From contig MU006100.1 of the NCBI GenBank assembly GCA_010093705.1, positions 772,644-792,643 of the forward strand: a stretch of DNA of 20,000 nt, given 5' to 3'. Positions 12,501 through 20,000 of the stretch are shown here, in pieces (the first letter of the stretch is position 1; each line of letters starts with the position of its first letter). The DNA comes from Patellaria atrata CBS 101060. Its lineage: Eukaryota. The translations under genes and the position numbers were made by a program. Under the pieces are notes generated by a model, which did not search any database, was not told the origin of the DNA, and saw nothing but the letters and a program-made list of their open reading frames with translations.

Positions 12501-14386
12501 TGCCACTGCCACAGTTCGCGAGGCCTTGGAGTTTAGTGCACTACTACGTCAATCTAATGAAACAGCGGCGGATAGGCTGAAATATGTGGACACTGTTTTG
12601 AATATGCTAGACATGGAGGCTTACTCAAATGCTATTGTTGGCGTCCCAGGAGAGGGTGAGAGATCTGTTAATCTTACCTTTCCTCGTTGGCGCTAACTCC
12701 ACTAGGTCTTAACGTAGACCAGCGGAAACGTTTGACCATAGCTGTAGAGATGGTGGCAAAACCAGAACTTCTCCTCTTCCTCGGTATTCCATACCCTCTC
12801 CTCACTATTATCTGTGCTTATAACCTAGTAGACGAACCCACTTCCGGACTCGATAGTCAAACAGCCTGGTCCATATGCATGTTACTTCGTAAGTTAGCTG
12901 ATAACGGGCAAGCTATTCTTTGTACTATCCACCAACCTTCTTCCCAATTGTTCCAGATATTTGATCGTCTGTTACTCTTGGGAAACGGGGGATCAACTCT
13001 CTATTTTGGAGATATTGGAAGAGATGCATCCACAGTGATCAACTATTTTACCAAGAATAGGGCCATCACATGCGGACCCGATGAGAATCCCGCTGAATGG
13101 GTCTTAAATGTCACTGGGGGTATTAGTAGCGGACCAACACTGAATGACTGTTTTGACCTGGATTGGCCTGAGATATGGCGAAACAGTCGCGAAAAGGAAG
13201 AAATACAGAGACATATCGCAGAATTCAAATTATCTGCATTTCAAACAACAAGCGCCCAGACAAACCCTGGTGATGAGGAGTACGCCGCTTCATTCACCCA
13301 GCAAGTGGTAGCTGCACTACGAAGGATCTTCCAGGAATACTGGCGTGATCCTGTCTATTTGTACTCGAAAGTGGCTCTTTGTGCTGGCGTGGTATGTTCT
13401 ATAATCTGTGATAAACACCTTAGAGGTACAATTTTTAGTCTAACCACAATAGGCCCTTTGCACTGGCATCTCCTTTTACATGACACGATTGGATATTCAA
13501 GGCCTCCGCAACATATTCTTCTCCGCTTTTGTTCTGACCCAGTTGTTCAGTACTGTGGACCAGCAAATCATACCGCGTTTAATCGCCGAGCGTGGCCTGT
13601 TCGAAGCGCGGGAGCGCAGGTCAAAGACCTATTCCTGGGTTGTGTTCCTCACGACCAACATTGTTGTCGAGATTTTTTGGCAAACCTTAACCTCGGTTCT
13701 AGTATATGTCGCCTGGTACTATCCTACGGGCCTTTGGAGAAACGGAGATGTCAACTTCACAGTCTCGGAAAGGGGCGCTCTGACCTTCGTGATCCTTTGG
13801 CTTTTCTGCCTGTTTATCTCGACGTTCTCTCAAGCCGTGTCCGTGGGAATGGAACATGCGGAGACTGCAGTCCAGATTGCAACATTATTCTTCTACCTTT
13901 GCCTTATTTTCTGCGGGTAAGCAAAAATAGTGTCACACTGGCCATTGGATGATACTAATACTTTATAGCGTGATCGTTACACCCGCAGACCTTCCTCGCT
14001 TTTGGATTTTCATGTACCGCGTCTCTCCACTTACTTACTTTATAGGTGGCATAGTCACTGCTGGTCTTGCCAACACTTCGATAACGTGTTCTTCAATTGA
14101 AATGCTCCGTATCCACCCCCCTACTGCAATTACTTGCGGACAATACATGGCAGCATACATACAATCTGCCGGTGGTTACATAAGCAATCCCATCGATAGC
14201 AGCGATTGCATGTATTGCCCTATATCTGATACAAATACATTCCTGGCGATAAATGGCATCAATATAGAGAATAGATGGCGGAACGCAGCTTTTCTTCTTG
14301 TGTACGTGGTTATCAACATTGTAGCGACGTTTACCATTTACTGGGCTGTTCGTGTCCCAAGGGTAAAAAGAGATCCGTCGTCATAG
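9560..14386 (+). CDS. Full-size PDR-type (ABCG) ABC efflux transporter; 12 exons, ~1408 aa
   Basis: Exons 9560-9965, 10029-10462, 10515-10858, 10918-11161, 11225-11644, 11696-11871, 11916-12288, 12346-12655, 12706-12783, 12832-13391, 13453-13916, 13969-14386; 11 GT-AG introns of 44-63 bp; 4227 nt in frame. NBD1 GRPGSGCTT / VSGGERKR / CWDNSTRGLD; NBD2 GATGAGKT / LNVDQRKR / LLFLDEPTSGLDSQ; NPAEW; NBD-TMD-NBD-TMD order with Cys-containing extracellular loops. Confidence 0.96.
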
Positions 14387-15072
14387 GAGCGACATAGGGT
14401 GCTCTAATCTGCAGTCAAATAAAAAGGTTCACTTGCATATTGTGCTAGCACTACTACGAAAAGATTGTATCGCTTCGAAGTTCATGAAGTATAAAAATCA
14501 AAGATGCAGGCGAGAGCGTATCGTTTGAGAGCTGAATCGACACAAGCGCAGGATACCAATGCACTCGAAGCACATATCTTCCCCTCTGGTAACTTGTCAT
14601 ACCCGCGTTCCCCGTTACTTACTGGGCATTACTGGCCCGTCTTTAAGTTCAGATTCCCAAAACACATCTCTTGTTTATATAGCCATGTGTTAAGTACGAC
14701 TAGGAGATTTGCTACGGCGTCTTCTCGCCTTCACAATATAATCAGGTACTTCCTCAGGTTGATAATCAGCAGAGGAGCAATGCAACGATAAGGTAATGTA
14801 CAATTGGTCTACAAGATTCTGAGACTGAGTCTGGTTCAAATAGCCTAATTTGATATTTTGTGCGCTGTATTATACTAATTATAGCTTTATTTTCGATGAT
14901 TTCAGGATAATTCGACTCATATTAGCACGATATGATAGACATCGCTAAATCGTTACGTTATCCCTTCACCTATTGAAGCATTTCTTGGGGCACTATAACA
15001 TATTATTTCTCTCGACATCGTCCCCCAGCTTACTGTACTGGATCGACCAACCTGTACGAATGAATTCAACCT

Positions 15073-15342
15073 TTAGAAATACCTAGACAGTACAGACCTT
15101 GGAAGAGACTCCAAGCGTAGCTCGGAGTACCCGCTAACGAGACTAGGGAATACCAAGAGGTCAACCCAATCCTTGTCCAAAAGGCCACGTCTTCTCCCAT
15201 AACGTTACCTCTCCATCGTCCTCAGTTTCGTACTAAACTCCTCAATAACTTGATCCTTCGTTTGCGACAGCGCATCTAAATCCTCTTCGTATTGGTCCAG
15301 TCTAACTATTCCCTGCTCAGAAAACAGTTCCCCGTGTGTCAT
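15073..15342 (-). pseudogene. Possible degraded coding fragment of unknown identity
   Basis: About 90 codons (MTHGELFSEQGIVRLDQYEEDLDALSQTKDQVIEEFSTKLRTMER*RYGRRRGLLDKDWVDLLVFP...) with one internal TAA (15205-15207) revertible to CAA; no recognised domain. Confidence 0.3.
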
Positions 15343-15397
15343 AGCTTGAAGGCTGCATGCACAGTATTGTAGGTAACCTTATATAACCCCCCAAAGG

Positions 15398-15755
15398 ATA
15401 TAAGAAATCTTATCGCCTGCTCTACAGCTTAAACCCATATCATTTAAATCAAGAAGTCGTCGCAAAACCATTTCTGATTATTGCAGACAATGCAGCCTCA
15501 AGATGGTGGAGCAATTGATGACTAAAGTGATGAGATGGAAGGCCTAGTGATAGCCCTACAACCCACAACAGACAAAGCCAAGCAGCTAGCATCAACGAAG
15601 CTACAACCACAACAACTAAAGTCATAACAATTAAAATCACAACGAGTAAAGTTACAACGACTAAAGTTACAACGATCAAAGCCACAACCAATCACAAAGT
15701 CTCAACTAAAGCAAAAACAAAGCCTACAACAGTCTATAATAATTCCACAAAGATT
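15398..15755 (+). repeat. Inverted repeat, left arm (~358 bp, lightly RIPped)
   Basis: Aligns end to end with the reverse complement of 16397-16748, e.g. aactaaagcaaaaacaaagccta and agtctataataattcca are shared exactly. Confidence 0.92.
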
Positions 15756-15890
15756 ATCACCACCTCAATATATATCAGACGATAATACAGACTTATCAGA
15801 AGATTCAAGTGAAGAGATCCGCCTGGCCTAACCTAAGTTCCAACCACAAACCCAGTCCCCTAGAAAGACAGTACTTCCGGGCTAAAAGAG
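15490..15890 (+). pseudogene. RIP-inactivated ORF start encoding a Q/K/S/P-rich low-complexity region, cut by an LTR at 15891
   Basis: ATG 15490 lies just after an intron-like 3' end (ctgattattgcag, to 15486); 133 codons in frame with four TAA stops (15523, 15625, 15829, 15883), all revertible to CAA. Confidence 0.4.
15615..15689 (+). repeat. Five degenerate 15-bp tandem units
   Basis: actaaagtcataaca / attaaaatcacaacg / agtaaagttacaacg / actaaagttacaacg / atcaaagccacaacc; mirrored in RIPped form in the right arm. Confidence 0.85.
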
Positions 15891-16109
15891 TGTTACAACG
15901 GGAGTCTATACTTATCGAGACAGAACAAGATAAGTCTAGAAACGCGCCTAGCTTCTCACTTAACGTGGTCAACCACTAGGGTAGGTTTGGCAAAGTGATA
16001 GGATACGTATAACAAAGGCACTTCAAGTTGACGATACAACTTGCTGACTCCTTGACTTCGGGTAATGCTCACAATGAGACAAGACGTACTGTTTGAAAAC
16101 AGCGTAACA
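15891..16109 (+). mobile_element. Candidate LTR A (219 bp), 5' LTR of a truncated retrotransposon
   Basis: Inverted termini TGTTAC...GTAACA; downstream gaagtcaag (16113-16121) is complementary to internal cttgacttc (16051-16059). A second possible end TGTAACA is at 16130-16136. No TSD found for either end. Confidence 0.6.
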
Positions 16110-16245
16110 AGTGAAGTCAAGTTCAAAACTGTAACATCCAAATCTATAGGTAAGATTGATGGTAAGAATAACTACGAAGAATCGAAATACATGAGGGAAA
16201 GACCGTCCTTAAATATTCCTATCCTTCACAATTCAATTTAGTCTT

Positions 16246-16289
16246 TGGACGCGCTGGACGTAGAACCCCTTCTACGTCCACTACGTCCA
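16246..16289. other. GC-rich hairpin/palindrome
   Basis: tggacg-cgc-tggacgtagaa-cccc-ttctacgtcca-cta-cgtcca: perfect 11-bp inner stem, 4-nt loop, 3x3 internal loop, 6-bp outer stem. Confidence 0.85.
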
Positions 16290-16396
16290 CGTCACGTGAT
16301 TCCCGTATCACCGATTTTCCCCGTAGTTGTGTCGCTGTGGTCCTTCCGTCTCCCCACTTACTAACTACATGCTTCCAACGACTTGTGGCCGTAATA

Positions 16397-16748
16397 AATC
16401 TTTATGGAATTATTATAGACTATTATAGGCTTTGTTTTTGCTTTAGTTAAGACTTTATAATTGATTATAGCTTTAATCGTTATAACTTTACTTATAACTT
16501 TACTCGTTATAATTTTAATTATTATAACTTTAGCTATAATTATAGCTTCGTTAATACTAGTTACTTAACTTTATCTATTATAGATTATAGGGCTATTACT
16601 AGACCTTCTATCTTATTACTTTAGTTATTAATTACTTCACTATCTTAAGGCTATTTTATTTATAATAATTAGAAATAGTTTTACGATAACTTCTTTATTT
16701 AAAGGATATTAGTTTAAGTTATAAAGTAGGTGAAAAGATTTCTTATAT
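16397..16748 (-). repeat. Inverted repeat, right arm (~352 bp, heavily RIPped, very AT/TpA-rich)
   Basis: Reverse complement matches 15398-15755 with mostly C>T and G>A changes (tctacagctt to tttataactt; ccacaacagacaaagcc to ctataatagataaagtt). Confidence 0.92.
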
Positions 16749-16859
16749 AGTTTTTTCTAAGTATAAGCCTATCCACTATTTAACCTTAGTATCGGTTATA
16801 TAGAGGTACTCTAAATTCTACACTTTCGGCTATATTAGAATAAATAGAAGAGTCGATAA

Positions 16860-17083
16860 TGTGACGACTGTCACCTGTCGATCTTTCTACTTTCCTATGT
16901 TTGGCGGGTTTGCTTATGTTTGGCTTGATTGTATTGTTAGGAAATTCCGTCAGCCGATGAGGCTACTCAAGCTTGTGACCGTCACCCATAACTCTCTCTT
17001 TTCCTCAACTTAATCTCTTTACTCAGTAGTAGTTATATGTAGCCAATATCAACAGATTAGCTCTTAGCACTACAGGTGTCACA
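16860..17083 (+). mobile_element. 5' LTR B (224 bp) of the Ty3/Gypsy element
   Basis: Inverted termini TGTGAC...GTCACA; ends 230 bp upstream of the gag ATG; agattaagtt (17086-17095) is complementary to internal aacttaatct (17007-17016). Confidence 0.8.
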
Positions 17084-17312
17084 TTAGATTAAGTTCAACA
17101 CAACCACGGCCTCTGGAAAGGCGACATAATATTCCAACCGAAGCGCGACATCAGTCCAGTTGACAACTGATCACGGACAATCAGAACACCGATAGGCAGC
17201 CGGCTTCATCAGCATAGAGAGAGAACAAGTACCGAGGCTTACTGAAAAGCAAGGACTTGTTACAATCACTTACGGAGAGCATTCGTAGAGTGGGGGAGAG
17301 TAGGAGTTAAAG

Positions 17313-18695
17313 ATGGCCAGACTTAACAGTGCCGGAGAGCTAGAGAGTGGAACGATCCACGATGACCCCTCAACAACGATACCAGAACAGTAACAGAGCG
17401 ACAAAAGGAAGCAGAGAAGCTCTAGACACTTAAGGCGAAGCTCGACGATACCGTTAGTGAGAATCATTACCGAGGAACTTATAGTAGATGATTTCCAATA
17501 AACACGGAACAACCTTAGGGATAATTTCGAAAGCAAAGCACAATATATAGAGACGACTACTGGCCTAGAAAAAATCCTCCACAGCACGGAAGACGTAATG
17601 GAATGGGCGGAGAAGGAACCATCCGCGATCGGAACGGAGTACGTTGAGACGATACTATCTATGGTAGCACGACACCTTCAGGTTAAGAAGATTGCCGACT
17701 TACATAATAAGGTATAAGAGGACTTACAGTTAAAGATAGACGTTCTCGAGAAGAACGAGGCAGTTATCACGGACCTTCAGAACGAAGTTGAAACACTACA
17801 AGAATAGCTACAACAGGCCAGGGGACAACGTTCCACCCACTCCGTGCGGTTCGAATCCGGAACTCCTGGGGCCAGCCGTGAGAGGTCAAAGAAGTTCCCC
17901 GATCCACCTATCTTAACTGATGGCAAAGATCCTACTTATAGAGTCTGGAAGAGCCAGATGAAAGATAAGTTCGAGATCAATGCTGACTGGTATGAAATAG
18001 AACGGGCCAGGGTAGCTTACACGAAGACACGGGTTGGAGGCCACGCGTCCCTCCATCTATACCCTCTTATGGAAGCCAAAGCCGAAGACAATGAATTACT
18101 TACAATGAAAGAGTTATATAAATTCTTAGGTCAGGTCTTAGAAGACCCTTATAAGCGCCTAACGGCTAAGGATGATCTGAGAAAGCTAAAGTAGGGCTAC
18201 TTAGCAAGCTTTGCTAACTTCTAAGCCGAATTTATGCGCTTAGCTATTGAAGCTAAGGTTCCACGAGACCAATGGAAGGAAGAGATCCACGACAAACTAT
18301 ATAGCTCTCTACGTCAGTTAATGTCTCTCCAGAGCGTTGACGATAGTGTCACCTTTAAAGTCTACTGTAAACAGGCCATGCTACAAGCTCGAGGTCTCGA
18401 GAAGTCAAGCGAGGAGAGTAAGGAACGGAACAAGAATAAAAATAAGAAACCTCTTAGTACAGTGCCAAGTTCTACCTCAACTACAACGAAGACGACGATG
18501 TTTCAAGCCGCTTCAGCTACGCCTCCAGCAACAAGCGCATCCACCCCTAAGACGACGACGTTCTCAGGCTCGTGCTATAACTGTGGCAAACCAGGCCATC
18601 GAGCTGCGGACTGTAGGCAACTAAAGATTAGCAAGACAGCTGAAGTTAAAGCAATGGTCAAAGAGGAGTTTAACTAGGGTTCGGAAAACGAATAA
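17313..18695 (+). pseudogene. gag: gag pseudogene (~460 codons)
   Basis: One frame without frameshift from ATG 17313: coiled-coil-like region, KFPDPPILTDGKDPTYRVWKSQMKDKFEINADWY, zinc knuckle CYNCGKPGHRAADC (18573-18614), ending SENE*. Seven internal TAA/TAG stops (17391, 17499, 17715, 17805, 18192, 18222, 18675), consistent with CAA/CAG to TAA/TAG RIP. Confidence 0.88.
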
Positions 18696-18723
18696 CCCTG
18701 AGCAAAGACTCCGCTTTAGGGTT
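18683..18723 (+). promoter_or_regulatory. Putative -1 ribosomal frameshift signal (gag to pol)
   Basis: G GAA AAC in gag register (18683-18689), then stem-loop aaccctgagc...gctttagggtt (18694-18723); the -1 frame is open from here to the ALIDTGA motif. Confidence 0.7.
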
Positions 18724-19392
18724 GATAGTTAGAGCATTGCAAACCCCAATTAGCGAGCCGATCACGGAAAGGCCATTCGTCATGCCCTATAGAATCTCAA
18801 GGAACGGTATCGCTATACAACTTAGAGCGTTGATTGACACCGGAGCTTAAAGCCATGCGCTGCTACACAAGAAATGGTTACCGGTGCTGAAGCGACGGTT
18901 AGGAATCACCGTTATGAAGATGAAGCAAGAGATCGCTATCAGGTCTTTTAACAGTACAAAAGCGACACCGATCACCCAGCTGTTCGAAGCAAGTATCGTA
19001 CTAGGCGGCCGTAGATGGGTAGCACCTATCTTAGTAACAGATACGGGCCATCACGATATACTCATTGGCATGGAATGGTTCGTAAAGACAGGTGGGCTAC
19101 CTAACTATCAGAACCGGTGTATCTTCTGGCCCCCCTGGGCAGTAGCAAAAGAAGATCAATAAAGAGATATCATCATTCCGAAATCTGAGCTATAGATATC
19201 ACCCAACCCAGAACACCAGGTGGACCTGGAACGACGAGACTAGAAGTTTGATGAGAGAGAACAACATCGACTACGCTGTCAACAGGGGCAGAAGAAGAAG
19301 CCGAAGCTATTTGGATGGAAGGCACCTACCTCTTAGTTTAAAGAGACGAAGTTAGGCATCTAGAAGATGAATACGGAGCTACAAGATGAATT
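18683..19392 (+). pseudogene. pol: pol N-terminal fragment: retropepsin-like aspartic protease and linker
   Basis: ALIDTGA (Asp codon 18836) and DILIGMEWF motifs in the -1 frame relative to gag; stops at 18848, 19160, 19193, 19241, 19334, 19361 are all TAA/TAG. Confidence 0.85.
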
Positions 19393-19498
19393 TGTGAGAT
19401 TGTGGGTAACTGAATGTAGTCGCTTCCTTCTCCGTACAACTACGGATTCTATCTAGTGTTTATATAATGACAGACCACCTTATTGATTAACCCTTTGA

Positions 19499-19729
19499 CG
19501 TCACGAAGCCTAGCTACGTAATCTCCAAATCAAGGCGAACATAACGATACTACCTACGTCAGATATAAAATAAGAGATGACATCAAAAGAGTGAGCTAAT
19601 GTTATAGTTTTGGTGATACTTAACCGATAAGTCGGAGCTGAGCATTTAGCTCTGAAGATCTCCAACACGAACTCCTGGAGATCCTGACGATCTTCCAACA
19701 TAAGGCTATCGGGGATCAGCTATCTGACA
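19499..19729 (-). mobile_element. Candidate LTR C (231 bp), opposite orientation, different family
   Basis: On - it starts TGTCAG and ends CGTGACG (imperfect end); abuts a coding fragment sharply at 19729/19730; 19491-19503 is an imperfect inverted copy of internal 19578-19590; no polypurine tract on its left, arguing against a + strand 3' LTR. Confidence 0.55.
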
Positions 19730-20000
19730 ATAGCTTATGGAGCTGCAGTAAGGAAGGAGCTAAGGATGTAAAGCAAGGAGTAAGACGCTTTAAAGAGATT
19801 GTTAGGTGGGAGAATTATTCATGCTGCTTTTACTGTGGAGTTCCACAAGCAATATGCAATAGGTACGAGCAGCAGAGTAATGGTGGATTTAGAGTTAAAA
19901 GAGGCGGTATATGTCAGTTTAAGGATGTGTTAATCGAGTCAACGGTATCAATTTGGGTAGGGAATAAAGATAAGTTTGGGGATTTATTAAAATCACAGAT
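19730..20000 (+). pseudogene. C-terminal Cys-rich fragment resembling fungal telomere-linked RecQ-like helicase (TLH) proteins; runs off the window
   Basis: Stop-free frame from 19732: SLWSCSKEGAKDVKQGVRRFKEIVRWENYSCCFYCGVPQAICNRYEQQSNGGFRVKRGGICQFKDVLIES...; the YSxCFxCGVPQxIC...CQF/YxxVL pattern is recalled from TLH/RecQ C-termini. 5' part cut off by LTR C; not in the ORF track. Confidence 0.6.

Larger units (their letters stand above)
16860..19392 (+). mobile_element. 3'-truncated, RIP-inactivated Ty3/Gypsy LTR retrotransposon (LTR-gag-protease; no RT, RNase H, integrase or matching 3' LTR)
   Basis: LTR, gag with CCHC knuckle, slippery site and aspartic protease in order; pol-like reading is lost after KMNTELQDEF near 19392 (right boundary approximate). 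Confidence 0.87.

Noticed and set aside
9875..12730. Degenerate ABC motifs (Cys in Walker A1, CWD Walker B1, LNVDQ signature 2) as signs of inactivation
   Set aside because: This asymmetry is the normal fungal PDR pattern; D for E in LNVEQ is conservative.
12687..13952. 421-aa ORF as a separate gene
   Set aside because: It is ABC exons 9-10 read through an in-frame intron and then out of frame past the next intron.
14504..14791. 95-aa ORF downstream of the ABC gene
   Set aside because: No motif or splice support; lies in probable 3' UTR/intergenic DNA.
15449..15691. 80-aa hydrophobic ORF as a small membrane protein
   Set aside because: Val/Leu/Ile richness is the antisense reading of the A/C-rich 15-bp tandem repeat.
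15398..16748. Inverted arms as terminal inverted repeats of one DNA transposon or MITE
   Set aside because: Outer ends fade without sharp termini or TSD, arms are unequally diverged, and the spacer holds an LTR rather than a transposase.
16860..19729. LTR B and LTR C as the paired LTRs of one complete element
   Set aside because: They do not align as direct repeats, have different termini, lack a shared TSD, and no polypurine tract precedes 19499.

Overview
Filamentous-ascomycete genomic DNA (short GT-AG introns with CTRAY-type branch sites, RIP-type mutation) in two parts. Bases 1-14.4 kb hold four intact spliced genes: a StcS/VerA(AflN)-like cytochrome P450 (-), a CFEM-less PTH11/SAT4-like membrane protein with a repetitive TKDS tail (-), a CYP7/CYP8-like P450 with Asn at the I-helix Thr position and a GC-AG intron inside its heme motif (+), and a 12-exon PDR (ABCG) transporter (+). 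This looks like the tailoring/export end of a secondary-metabolite cluster or a detoxification module; no backbone synthase lies in the window. From about 15.0 kb to the end is RIP-damaged repeat DNA: an asymmetrically RIPped ~355-bp inverted repeat, a strong GC-rich hairpin, three different ~220-230-bp LTRs each with a Tf1-like self-priming complement, a dead Ty3/Gypsy gag-protease with a -1 frameshift signal, and a probable C-terminal fragment of a telomere-linked RecQ-like helicase. Exon models were built by hand, and family names come from recalled motifs, not from database searches.
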